The notes below the pieces were generated by a model, which ran no database searches, had not been told where the DNA came from, and saw nothing but the letters and a program-made list of their open reading frames with translations. 64,000 nucleotides of DNA, taken from assembly GCF_009914755.1 (NCBI RefSeq), contig NC_060944.1, one strand, 5' to 3'. Position numbers and translations under genes: made by a program. Shown one piece after another: positions 43,366 to 56,130 of the stretch (position 1 is its first letter; the number at the start of each line of letters is the position of its first letter). This DNA is from the human T2T-CHM13v2.0 reference genome, Homo sapiens.

Positions 43366-44299
43366 AAAAATCAGTTTGAAAATAAGGCATTGCAATAATT
43401 TAAGGAAGAGTTGGTCACCATCCTTCTGTGCTTCACCTCTAGGTGGGTGCTTCGTGCTGGCTTATGAGAAAAGGAACACCACAGCAGTGCAGACCATTGA
43501 AAATGACAGTGATCCAAGGTTAAAGGTCACACAAGTATTTAATTGTCTTTAAGCAGAACTTTATTACCTACCAAAAGAAACTGTTGAGATACTTCAGCCT
43601 AGCCATGGTCTTTTTGTGAAGAACCATAAGCATTTATCCAACTCCCCACCTCCTTTGGGGGTCAACTCAGGTTTCTTGGCTCAGTGAAGTCTTTATAGCA
43701 CCTCTAGCTTCTGTTCTCTGTAAGCTGTAATTTACAGCCATCATCAAAAGAGCATAGTTTAGCGGTTAATACTACTTTACGTATTTTATTTCTTTTGAAT
43801 ATTCCTTGACCACAAGTTCGTTGAAGCCAACAGCCCACCTTTCATATCTCCATTCAGGAGATATGAAAGGCTGTGCTGTTGCTTACATTTCTGGAACCAT
43901 GTGGTGACTGGCCGGCAAACATTTAATAAATACTGGACAAGTGATGGACTGTGGCCTTGAAGAAACAGGAAGATGAACAGAAGCCCTACCTGAGGCAGCA
44001 GCAAAGATTCGCTTTTAAGTGACAGTAGTTGTGTTGCTTCCCTGGAGTTGTCTCCATTTCAGTTGCCGAATCCCTTTGATCTCTCTCTCTCTCTCTCTCT
44101 CAATTTTCTTGTTTACATGTTCATTGTAGAAGATTAGGAAATGTGAAATGTGAAAAAAGCACAAAGAAGAAAAAGGTAAACACTCATAATCCTTCTACAG
44201 AGGGAAGCTCTTACTATTTTGTTGTATTTTTTTTTCTTCTTTGGCTTTTCCTATAATACATGTGCTTTCATGCTCTCTGCCCCGTGTTCCCCACCCTTT

Positions 44300-44954
44300 C
44301 TTTTCATTTCTTTCTTTGAAACGGAGCCTTGCTCTTTTGCCCAAGCTGGAATGCTGTGCAGCTGTCTTGGCAACCTCCGCCTACCTGCTTCAAGTGATCC
44401 TCCCACCTCAGCCTCGCAGGTAGCTGGGATTACAAGCGCGCACCACTGCGCCCAGCAAATTTTTGTATTTTCAATAGCGATGGGGTTTCACCATGTTGGC
44501 CAGGCTGGTCTCAAACTCCTGGCCTCAAGTGATCTGCCCACCTTGGCTTCCCAAAGTGCTGGGATTACAAGCATGAGCCTCTGCGCTGGGCCTCTCTTCA
44601 TTTCTAGAGAATAATGGAAGTGAATCCAGGAGACAGACTTCTCCACATTGTTAAAAGCTCCTCGGGCAGAGTGGAACTGCACGTGTTGCCACTTTGATTT
44701 TCTTTACTCCAAATACAAAGGTGTAACTTGGATTAAGATCGGGGCTTTCACGTCTTGCTGGAAAATAGTAAGCCATAATTTGTAACTCAGCTCCTCTTAT
44801 TCACCACTTAAATTTTATTTATTTAATTTTCTTTTTTAGAGACAGGATCTTGCTATGTTGCCTGGGTTGGTCTCAAACTCCTGGGCTCAAGTGATCCACC
44901 TGCCTCAGTCTCCTGAATAGCTGGGACTATAGGCATGTGTCATCACACCCAGCT
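44300..44954 (-). mobile_element. Alu (44300-44592) and FLAM (44817-44954)
   Basis: FLAM TSD accacttaaatttt / acggcttaaatttt. Confidence 0.9.
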
Positions 44955-45091
44955 ACGGCTTAAATTTTTAAGATTAGTTTGGCTAGTATATACATTATGC
45001 TCCAAATCACGAAAAAAAAGTATTCTTCCGGGGTAAAACCATTCAGTCTACTAATATAATCATCCTCAGTCTCATCCTGAAAGCAGGGATC

Positions 45092-45199
45092 ATACAAACC
45101 TGCTCAGCCTGCATGTGTACCCCTGAACTTAAAAGCTGGAAATCAAAATAATAAATAAATAAATAAATAAATAAATAAATACATAAATAAATGGGGAAA
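45092..45199 (+). mobile_element. Extremely 5'-truncated L1 3' end with (TAAA)n tail
   Basis: caaacctg...ctgcatgtgtacccctgaacttaaaa; TSD aaagcagg(g/t)atc. Confidence 0.85.
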
Positions 45200-45584
45200 A
45201 AAGCAGGTATCCAACATATTTTAGACCTTAAAATCCCATTAATCCTGGTCCTCTCCTGAGAATTATAACAGAAGATTTGCTTTTCCAGGTAGAGGGTATC
45301 TGAGCAGTTGTGCAAGGCTGTGCTGTTGCTTACATTTCTGGAACCATGCGGTGACTGGCCAGTGTTGCATGGCTGACGTGTCCTCCTTCTCCTGACCTGG
45401 AGCTCCTGGGCTGCTGTGCTCCTGGTGCATACACCATACAGTGCTAGTACTCTTGCTCTTTCCTCCTAAAAATAGACTCCTAAAACAGTCCTAAAATAGA
45501 CTCCTCGGCTTCTCTCCTTTTTGACTTTTTTTCCACGAGACTCCTCTGAGCTTGTCCCCAGTTTTGCTTTAGACTCCTGAAATA

Positions 45585-45692
45585 TTTATTTGTTTTTTAA
45601 TATCTTAACTTTTATTTTAGGTTGAGGGGTACACGTGCAGGTTTATTATATAGGTAAACTCACAACTCGGGTTTGGTGTACAGATTATTTCG
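45585..45692 (-). mobile_element. Short L1 3' end
   Basis: ggggtacacgtgcaggttt...tttggtgtacagattattt; TSD gactcctgaaatatt / gacttccgaaatgtt. Confidence 0.8.
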
Positions 45693-45956
45693 GACTTCCG
45701 AAATGTTGAAATAATACTCATTTAAATGAGGTTGTCCATTGGTAAGAAGAAAAATCACTCCTGCAACCCTGACAGACTGTTTCTCCTGACCTTTAAAAGA
45801 CCTTAATGGGTACATTGTTTTGTTTGTTCCGCTCTGCCCTGGTTGAGGGCAATGTGACATTTGCATTATCTCTCTAGGCCTCTGCTTGATTATGTTGCTA
45901 TAAATTACTGTCTGTCCTGAACAGAGTCCATCTAACTGAGTGTCCTGCTGCCTGTA

Positions 45957-46219
45957 GGAAGAGAGAGAGAGAGACAGAGACAGGGAGAAACAGAGAGAGA
46001 GAGAGACAGAGACAGGGAGAGACAGAGAGAGAGAGACAGAGACAGGGAGAAACACAGAGAGAGAGAAAATAGTTTTCTGGAAAAGAGAAAAGAAACATAA
46101 TTTGGATTCATGTCTAGACAGAGATAGGGAGAAAAAGAGAGAGAAAGAGAGAGGGGGCAGGTGAGGGGCGGAATAGTTGTCCAGAAAAGAGAAAAGAAAC
46201 ATAATTTAGATTCACATCT
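45957..46219. repeat. GA-rich minisatellite (~30-bp unit x3) plus a tandem duplication at 104-bp offset
   Basis: gagacagagacagggaga units; 48-nt copies at 46068-46115 and 46172-46219. Confidence 0.9.
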
Positions 46220-47035
46220 TTGTCATTTCCATTTGCTCTAACGCTTAGCCTACATTCAGTTACCTAAAGTGGTCCTATAGCCCTCTCTTCTGGAACCCCA
46301 TTCATCTCAGATAATACTTCTGTCATTGGCATTGAGGAGGTGAAACTTCAAGTGGTATTTACATTTGATTCCCTTCAGCTTTGTGACCCTTAGGATCCAG
46401 ATATCTGCCTACTTTGTAGATGTGATATTTATGTTCTGCTGATTTTCAGTGAACAGTGCTCAATTTTGGGGAAAGCAGATCGGGAGCTACCATTCCTGTC
46501 TGAGCCTTCTCCTGGAGGCCGGGAGGGTGTCAGGACTTAGCAGGGAAAAGAGCTCCCTGCCTCCAGGAGAAAGGTTTATGGAAGAGTCTTCCTGCCTTCA
46601 GGAGTGGGTTCTCCTATCCTGTGAGTCCTTCTCTTCAAATATAACTTTTCCAAGTTAATTTTTTTGAATAGAGAAATTAGCATGTGTGACTTTTATGCAG
46701 AAGAACTTAGGAAAGAGATTATTTATATAATAATATAGGCAAAAAATGCTACAAACTCATCCAGCTGGGTTACATTCTAATTTGACCAATGAGCTGAGTC
46801 AAGTAGCATTCTTTTTTTGTTTTTTTAATTAAAAGTACTTGTCCTCAATGTGAAAAAACAATCTACAGAAGTACAGATGTTTGAGAAGAGTAATGGTAAT
46901 GAAAACAGTAGTTAGTATTAATCAAGCTTAGTAGCACTTTGCCTGGATTGCCTCATCCCATCCTCTTACAGTTCTGTGGGCTAGATACTGTTGTGCAAAG
47001 GTCTTTGGTAAAGATCTGTTTGATGTTTTTCACCC

Positions 47036-47387
47036 TGTGTCTTAGTCTATTTGGGCTTCTATAACAAAATACTGTAGATTATGTGGCTTATAAGCAATAG
47101 AATATTATTTCTTACAGTTCTAGAGGCTGGGAAGTCCAAGATCAAGGTGCTAACAGATTCAGCATCTGGTGAAGACCACTTCCTGGTTCACAGAGGGTAC
47201 CTTCTAGTTGTGCCTTTACATGGTGGAAGGGGCAGGGGGGCTTTCTGGGGTCTCCTTTATGAGTTCCATTCATGAGGACTCCTCCTTCATGACCTAATCA
47301 TCTCCCAATGGCCCTATGTCTTAATACTATCACCTTGGAGGTTAGGATTTCAACATATGAATAGGGGAACACATTCAGATGATAGCA
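47036..47387 (-). mobile_element. MaLR LTR (MSTD/MLT1A-like), full length
   Basis: tgtcttagtc...cagttctagaggctgggaagtccaagatcaagg...acattcagatgatagca. Confidence 0.9.
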
Positions 47388-47649
47388 GGCTACCCTTCTC
47401 AAACTTATTAGAAAATGGAGTCCTTTTTTTTCATGGAAGCCCCACAACCATCCCTGAGAACATAGGTGGTATTCTGCAGACACAGTTTGGGAAATAAGAG
47501 AAGTCTACCTCTACACTGCTGGCTAGGGGTTGAGCTGGGAACAGACACATTTGCCTCCCCTTTGTACTATCTAGCTTTCCAGATTCTTCCCGCTAGTTGT
47601 GTTGATGGTGATTTGGGATTGTTCTTTCACATTCAAAGCTAGGGCTATA

Positions 47650-49010
47650 CACTAATTCATTCATTCTCATTCACTAAAAAATATCTACCATCACACTGTG
47701 CCAGGAGACCATAGCTAGAACAGGGTCCCTGCCTCTGGGAAGTCCCCGTGCCATAAGAAAACAAACACAGATATTCAATGGGAGGTAAGACCTGCCAAGT
47801 ACCATCTACTGAGCACTGCAGAAGCTGTGGTGGGGGCTGGCCAGCTCTACCTGGGGAACTGGGGAAGGCTTCCTAGGGGAGGGGATGGGCACAGCGTCCC
47901 CAGGGAGCACCAGGTGAAGAAAACTGGGAAGCAGAGAGTTGAGAATGTGTTTGGCAGCATGTGAGTGCCAGGGCTTTCAGCAGTGGGGGCTGGTGGAGGA
48001 GCACAGATGGCCTTTAAAGTCAACTCTGAGTCACTCTCTGAAATTACAGAAATTCAAAGAGAAGGATCTGGAAATCCTCCAACAAGTTATTTGACCTTCT
48101 GGTCTCTCAATAACCATTTGGTATCTAGCTGATAAATGGAAATTCTCTGCAAAATTGTGTTATACAGGAAAAGTTGCAGAAAAATTGTTAGAGAAAGAAA
48201 ATCATTCTCCTGCCTTCACCTGTAAACCATAGAGCTCACATTTTTCCTAAGGGGCTTTATGCTAGCAACTTGCCCCTGGATTCTCCATTCATGCCTCAAT
48301 CTACTAACATGACCGATCGGAGGTTAAATAAAACTTCCAAAGCAGGACCAGGAGTTATTCAGCTTCACTATGTAACAGTGGTTGAGATAGAAACTATTTT
48401 CTGTCTATTTTTTTTTCTCGTTGCCTTGACAACTGGTTGTTTTTTTTTTTTAAGCTTTTGATTTTTTTCAACAACATGAGCTGCTTCCTTTGGTTGAGCT
48501 GAGACATGTGTACAGATTTATATCTTATTCAGAGAGTCTCTAGTGTAAATGTTTACGAGATACCAATTTTTTATTTTTCAGAATCTTCAGTGTTGAACAG
48601 AGTAGATAATTGCACAAAACTGTTAGCCTGCCTGATTAACCAAACAAAGGCAAATCAGTAGTGATTTTCCATGTCTGATGTCAAATACTGTAAAAAATGA
48701 TTCCAATTCATTTTTACACAATATCATGGAATATTTTAATATTTGGCTTTTTAATGTCCCTGACCAGGTCTGTGTGAAAGTTGTTTCCATATACCAGAAG
48801 TGCATGTCCTCCTTCCTGCACTCCCCCTTGCTCCCATGGCTCTAGCCACAGTGGCCTCTCATCCTTGCAAAGCTGTTCCCATCTCATGGCCTTTGCCATT
48901 TCCTCTGCCTGGAATCTGCCTACCCCGGATATTCGCATTGCCCGCTCCCTCCTTGCATTTATGTCTCTGATTCAATGCCACCTTCTCCTCCTGGACCTTC
49001 CTGTCTAAAA
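47650..49010. mobile_element. L2 fragments (about 47650-48000 -, 48800-49010 +)
   Basis: attcattcatt start; ggcctttgccatttcctctgcctggaat. Confidence 0.6.
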
Positions 49011-49551
49011 CACCATCCTTACTTGTCACTGGCCAGTCAGGACGTGGGAGGATCCCTCTCTGGAAAAACAGTTCAGTCATCCTATATGAAACTCCCCAGA
49101 CCATAAGCCCTACCCATAGCAAGAGCTTCCAATGAGCATTTTAATGCCTCACCCTTAGATTTGAACTCACAGCCAAAAATCACCAGCTATTTGAGGAAAT
49201 CCCCTATTACAAAATATAGAGACCAAGACTGATAAATAAAGAACTTAAAAGAAACAGAGACAAGGATGGAGCAGGAGAAATCTGCAACAAAACAAAACAA
49301 ACAAAAAAATGGAAAATGGGGCAATGGGGCAGAGGAAGGCATCCTAGAAATCATACAAGAAATATAGGAGTGGAACTGAGTGGGGCCCAGGTCAGCAGCT
49401 ATGGAGCAAGCCTGGAGGGCAGCCAGGCCAACTGGAGCAATAGGACAGAAGATTCTCCGGGAGGGCTGGGGTCCTGAGGAGCTATCGCAACAGGCTACAT
49501 GTGGAAATTTGTATTGAGAGGCTATTGGAGGGTATGGGTAAAATTAGGATA

Positions 49552-50300
49552 CAGTTGACTCTTGAACAACAGAGGGGTTAGGAGTATTGGCCTCCCCTCC
49601 GCCCACCACCTGCAATAATTTTTGACTCTCCAAAACCTTTTTTTTCTTCCGCTTTTATTGTAAGCTCAGGGTTACCTGTGCAGGATGTGCAAGTTTGTTA
49701 CATAGGTAAATGTGTGCCATGGTGGTTTGCTGCACACATCATCCCATCACCTAGGTGTTAAGCCCAGCGTCCATTAGCTGTTCTTCCTGATGCTCTCCCT
49801 CCCCCCACACACCCCCCACCTCCAACAGGCCCCGCTGTGTGTTGTTCCCCTCCATGTGCCCATGTGTTCTCATCATTCAGCTCCCACTTATAAGTGAGAA
49901 CATGCGGTGTTTGGTTTTCTGTTCCTGCATTAGTTTGCTGAGGATAATGGCTTCCAGTTCTATCCATGTCCCTGCAAAGGACATGATCTCGTTCCTTTTT
50001 ATGGCTGCACTGACTCCCCAAAACTTTAACTACTAACAGCCTGCTGTTGACCAGAAGCCTTACAGATCATATGAACAGTGGATTAACAACATAAATAGAT
50101 TAGTATCTACATATGTTTTACACATTCATGACATACCTAATTTTTCTTATTTTTTTGATATTTTTAGGCTACGCAATTTGTCTGCAAGTTTTTTCAAATT
50201 GTTGCAAATCTCCAAAACATTTTCCAATATGTTTATTGAAAAGAATTCTCATATAAGTGGACCTGCACAGTTCAAACCTACCTTGTTCAAGGATCAGCTG
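49552..50300. mobile_element. Tigger2a/MER28-like TcMar transposon
   Basis: TA-cagttgactcttgaacaa ... ttgttcaaggatcagctg-TA inverted termini with TA TSD. Confidence 0.85.
49638..50010 (-). mobile_element. L1PA (older primate) 3' end inserted in the Tigger
   Basis: L1PA 3' UTR sequence; TSD tgact(c)(t/c)ccaaaac at 49623-49636 and 50011-50024. Confidence 0.9.
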
Positions 50301-50822
50301 TAGTTACAAAACAAAGCAGGCAAAGACGGAAAAAAAATACCTATTTACCACAGAAGCAATAACATTGTACAGTAAATGAAACGTAGTACATTTAGTAGCG
50401 ATCAATCTTTGTATAGTTATGATAGTATAAACACTGAATATTGCTCTAATAAAAATTGGATATGAGCATATTTAGAGAATGGGGCAAGGGAAGCACCTGT
50501 GTATCTGTGCATATATGAGTTTGTGTGCATGTGTGTGCCTGAGACTTATATGCTTACCTGCTGTAATAGGATGTCAACACATAATGTCTAAAACTGATAC
50601 ATTATCATATATGAGCATATTAATTAGACATATAAAGATTTTAAAAGCCAAAAGGAATAGTAAGTTGGAGTGGTAGATTATGGGAAATGGAAAGGAGAAT
50701 GGAAGGAATAGAAAACTTCTTTTTCATTGTAAGACTTTTAGTCTCATCTGACTTTTAAAAGCTATGAGTATATATTATGTAGATAAAAATAAAAATTAGT
50801 TATGAATTAAAAGATAAATTTT

Positions 50823-51145
50823 GGCAGGGTGCAGTGGCTCATGCCTGTAATCCCAACACTTTGGGAGGCCAAGGCAGGCAGATCACCTGAGGTCAGGAGT
50901 TCAAGACCAGCCTGACCAACATGGCAAAACCCCATCTCTACTAAAACTACAAAAATTAGCCAGGCATGGTGGCAGGTGCCTGTAATCCCAGCTACTCGGG
51001 AGGCTGAGGCAGGAGAATTGTTTGAGTCTGTGAGGTGGACGTTGCAGCGAGGCAGAGGTTGCAGTGAGCTGAGACGGCGCCACTGCACTCCAGCCTGGGT
51101 GACGGAGCGAGACTCTGTCTCAAAAATAAATAAAGAATTAAAAAT
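50823..51145 (+). mobile_element. Alu (S family) with internal duplication
   Basis: TSD aaaagataaatttt. Confidence 0.95.
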
Positions 51146-51821
51146 AAAAGATAAATTTTAAGCAGCCCTGCTTCTGTGTACATGTCACTGATAGTTTGAT
51201 GTGCATTTGATTAATATTAAATTTTGTCCAGCATGTGGCTGATGTCCTTGTCAGGCTCATGTGTTTAACTAAACCCATTTTAACTTGCTCCTGGAGTAAT
51301 TAACTCAGACTCACCTTGCTGGAAGTCATGCTGAAGATATCTATCATTTCCTCCTACACCATGGAGATAGATTGGACTGTGGCTCATGCTAGTTGAGGTT
51401 GTATGCTTATTAGAAATGGAGTAGATGCATGTGATATTAAATTGAGCTCTTTAATTTCTTTAGATTTAATGACGTACCTTTGTCATGTACTTAATCTTCA
51501 GCAAATATTTACCCTTCCAAAACTGGCAGATTTGCATTTTACAACTTGTCATGTCAAATGAAATATTTTCTCTTTTCTTTGCCCCTAGAAGGATTTCTGC
51601 TCAAAATTATAATCTTTTAAAAAATAGCTGACACATTCTCCTTTGTGGGGAATATTCAACATTTCTATCCTGTGATTTGAAACTGACCCTTCTCACTTCT
51701 CTCCAGCTTTAGCCTATACATATTGATATATTTATTTTGGATACAGTTTAATGTTTTTATTCTTATATCTGGGTCATAGAGAGATGAATGGGTAAATGAA
51801 GAGATGGATGAATGGATAAAT

Positions 51822-51826
51822 TAGAT

Positions 51827-51874
<48 letters not shown>

Positions 51875-51895
51875 GATAGATAGACAGATAGACAG
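51822..51895. repeat. Tetranucleotide STR, (AGAT)11 core with AGAC flank
   Basis: 51831-51874 is 11 uninterrupted AGAT units. Confidence 0.95.
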
Positions 51896-52509
51896 AAAAG
51901 CAGACCAAAGTATACCACAGATGTGTGGAAGTACATGTTCAGATAACAGAAAATACACTGCAAGCTTTAGTCTCAAGCTCCCTAGACCATAAAAGCTTAT
52001 AGAATGGTCAGCTTTCCAAAGCAGAGGCTAAATAACTGTCATTCTGTTGCATCCAACATAGCTTCCCAAACTTTGTTGATGTAGGATTAGTAAGATGTTC
52101 CATTAGAAACTCCTAAAATAACTTCAGGATGCTTTTAAGTATTCTTTTCATTTGTGCCATGGAACTAATGTGAGGAGCTGGCAGTTGGAGGTGGTTATCG
52201 AAGCCTGGGAATGGATGTCTCCAGTCACTGTTTGGTGGAAGAACCTTTTTCAGGTTGTCCCTGCGCCCCCACAATACTTGAGAACACTTTCTAGACCAGA
52301 ATAAAATGCTCAAGTAAATTAATGACATCTGTTTGCATTTTGAAGATGAGAAACTGTGAGACTTTTAATTCCTAGAGGTAATAGCAGGATAATTGAGTAC
52401 AGTAAATTAGAAGTTGCTATTTATGAGCAAAAGTATGTATGACTAGAGACTTCATCCCCATGAGCTTGCCTGTTCACCATATTGTTATTTTCTTGCATGC
52501 TTTATTAGT

Positions 52510-53250
52510 CTTTGGAGCCATACTTCTTGAGTTTGAATCCTGGCTCTGCCACTTAACTAGCTAGCTGCATGCCTTTGAACAAGTTTCGTAATCTCTGTGC
52601 CTCAGTTTCATAATTTGTGAATCTGTTGATTAGTCCACTCAATACCTATTCCAATCCCCTTTTAGCTTGATTTTTTTTTTCATCTGACAGAGAATGGAAA
52701 CTTTCCATTTCCAGAATCCCTCAAAGCTACTGTTCAGGGTTTGTTAACTAAATGCATTTCCATAAACCTTTGAATTCAGATCTAGATTGTGTGGGATGAG
52801 AGATGGGACATAGGACCTTCATTTTTTGCTGGTATGGATAGTGGCAGAGGCAGCATCGTTCTGGAACTAGTCGCTGTAGTGATAGCGTCCTGATTTAACA
52901 GTCAGCTTTTTTATTGGGAAGCTTCCAGTTGTTAGTTTGGAGCAACATCTGAACCGGCAGCTTCCTAATTCTTTAGGTTCTTAATAGTGATCAAGGCAAC
53001 AGCCCCTTTGGCCGTTCATTTCTGCTGAATGGTTTAAGAAGTAATTCCTAAAAGCTAGGCCTAAAGTCCATTTCTGCAGCTCTCCTAACAATGATGTCAA
53101 CTATGTGTTCCTTAATATGTCTTTTTGCTTGAAGCAGCCAAAGTGATTTATGTTGGTTGTAACTAAAAACCCAGAAGAATCAACTTACCTAATAGGGCTT
53201 TTGTGAGTTGTAATAAGGTAAGGCATTTAAAGTGCTTAGAACATTATCTG
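52510..53250 (+). mobile_element. MIR split by an old ERVL-type LTR (about 52625-53172, LTR33/LTR16-like)
   Basis: MIR core stops at cctcagtttcataatttgtg and resumes near acttacctaatagggc; insert ends tgttggttgtaactaaaaaccc. Confidence 0.5.
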
Positions 53251-53516
53251 GATTGCTATTTCTTTTTTTTAATATTCTTAGGGCTTGTTCTGGCCTTAGT
53301 CAATGGAACACCTACAACCATAAATAAAAGATATTTATTAGTTTCTTTGTTCATTCATTCATTCATTTATTCATTCACTGAAACAAATATTTAGTGAATG
53401 TCTTGTCAAGGCATGTTTCAGTAGCCTTAGGATAGTGGTTACCAATTAGAACCATCTAGGAATCTTTTTGAAAAAACTTAATTTCTATGCCACATCCATA
53501 ACTTACTGAAAATAGC

Positions 53517-53517
<1 letters not shown>

Positions 53518-53551
<34 letters not shown>
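53518..53551. repeat. (GT)n microsatellite, about 17 units
   Basis: Read directly. Confidence 0.95.
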
Positions 53552-53552
<1 letters not shown>

Positions 53553-54799
53553 ACATGCATATGTATACATAAATATTTTTTTAATTGGAATACCATTTAC
53601 ATATAGTAAAGTACATAAATCTTATGTGTTACAGTTTGGTGAATTTTTATATATGTGGGTGTATACCCACATAACCACTACCTAGATCAAAATATAGAAA
53701 AACAGAAATTTGCATGAAAGATTTATTGTGTGCATGGGTGTTTTGGGGGCCCCATTAGGAGCTAAAGCTTCAAATGCATTTGAGGTTTTGCCACTTAGAG
53801 GTCAAAAAAATTTAGTCATCCAGAATGACCAGTATAATTAGGTTATTTTTCATTTCTTTTTCTTCTTCATAGCATCCTTCAAATTTGTATTCCTTTTTAG
53901 GTTTATGCATTTATATGTGAAATGAAATTTATGGAGAACCTTAGATAACAGAAAATTCTAAAATGTTAATAAGGCAGTAAATGTTATCAGTAATAACTCC
54001 ATGACTCATAATTTCTGCCTCTGTTTATCTTATGATTGGCATAATTTATTGACTAAAAGTACATTTAACTGCTTTCTTGAAGCTTAAACAGCTTCTTTCT
54101 CATGATCTCTTCAAAGAGTGAATATCATGAAAGAGTAGAAATAATTATTTTCCCTTTTTTCCAAAAGAGTGTTTGGAATAGATATCTTTGTCTGTGGGCC
54201 AATGGCTGCACACTCAGTAGTGCAATGCAGAGGCTATTAGAGCAGCACGCATGAGCTGAGTTAGGAAGATAAAGTTACTTAAAAAGCAAATGGAAATAGT
54301 TGACTATGGAGAAAGAGAACATTGTCTACAAAACATTAATAGCCTTTACAATTTTTATAAAACCAACCTAGAACAACTTTGAAGTTGAATGATTTTGCAT
54401 AACTGGCTTATTATGGAATGAAACTTTCAGAAACAAAATATAGAGTGGAGATGAACTGTATACTTTTAAGATGATCACGTGTGATTTGAGATCAGAGTCT
54501 AGCATTGGAATACTGTTTCAAGGATAGCTGGACTACCTTGGTGAATTAAATAGATGTGTCACTAAAGGAATAGAAAACCTTGAAATTGTATGTAGCTCCT
54601 TCCTCTACCTTCAGATAAAATTTCTGTACATCAGCCTAAGTGGTAAGAATATTGTCTATTTCAAGCACTTTTAGAAAATGAGCTTTGGATATAAGGGCAA
54701 TCTGGGTATGACATTTATTATTTTGGTCGATCTGGCCAGTTAAGAGACTGATGTCTTAACTCCTTCACCATTGCCTGCACGTCCCTAAGTTGGTAATTA

Positions 54800-56130
54800 T
54801 TTTCTTGGAACTTTGAAGGTCTTGTTTCATTGCCTTCTTGTTTACAGAACATTGTGATTAATAAATTTGAGGATTTGTGCTTTATCAGTTCTGAGAAATT
54901 CCCACCCATTAACTCGTTGTCTCATTGTGCATTGCCTTTCCTTCGTTCTCTCTGTTAGCTCTTTCTGAAATTCCAATTACATGCATGTTGGACCATCTCA
55001 CTTTGACTTCCATATCTCTTATTTTTTTCTCTATCTCTCTCTCTATGCTAAATTGTAAGTAATATCTTCAACTCTGATTTCTATTTTCTAATTATCTTTC
55101 CACTGGACTCTAGTCTTGTTTTACCTATTTGCTGAGGTATAAATACCTATTACTATATTTTTTCTTTTTCTGTAATTTAACATTTTCTCATTGTGCTTTT
55201 TGTTTATTTTTCTCATTTACCTGTTCATTTTTTGTAGTCTCTTGTTCCTAACTCAAACTTTCAACTTCCCATTTTATTTCTTTAACATATTAAGCATATT
55301 TGCCTTATATCCTGATTGTGTTAACGCCAATATCTGAAGCCACCATGGGCCTTGTTTGCTGGCTCACTTTGCTTACTCCCACTCGGTAAAGGTAGATTTG
55401 TTTTTTCCCTGTGCATTTTGAGCTCATGTTCAATGGAACTCTGTGTGGACGGTTTCTTTTGGTGTTTGGTTGAAAGTACATCCCTCTAAGGTTTACGCTT
55501 GCTTTCACTAGACATATGAGGGCATGTCAGTCTGGAACCATATTAAAATAAATAGCTGGCTTAGAGGTTTTTAGACCACAAAAATAGTTTCAATTTGAGC
55601 ACAAACACATGTGAGTTCTGGCTCATGATCAATTGTTTTTTTCTTTTTTTTTTTTCCTTTTATTTTCTTTTATCAGGTTAAATCTTGGGGCAGATATTTC
55701 TTTTTTTTCTCTCTCTCTCTACCCAGAGCCAAGGCCAAGACAAGTTTTTGTTTGTTTTGTTTTACTATAACCTTTTACAAGGCGTATTTTGTTCTCTAGT
55801 TCACTTTTTCTCTGGTGGCGTAACTTCAGGGCTCTCAGCTTTATGTGGTGATTTCTTGTTAAGCACCCCCACCTTGCCATGGCCCTAGGCTTTGTGTCCT
55901 GAACCCTGTGTGGACGTTGAAGCTGACATGCTAGGTCTAGACACCAGCTCAGGGTTTGCAGACCTCTCAGAACTTCTATTCTCATTTTGCTTTTGGTCTG
56001 TACAGGCTTTCCTTGCTTTGTTACCAGCTCAGTCAAACATTTTAAAAGATTTTTCAAAAATATTTTATCCAACAGTTTTAGATGTTTGGTAACAGGAAGG
56101 ATTTTCAGAATATCTTGTCTACCATATTCT
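54800..56130 (-). mobile_element. Old L1M 5'/ORF1 region
   Basis: ttccaattacatgcatgttggaccat and attttatccaacagttttagatgttt patterns. Confidence 0.6.
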
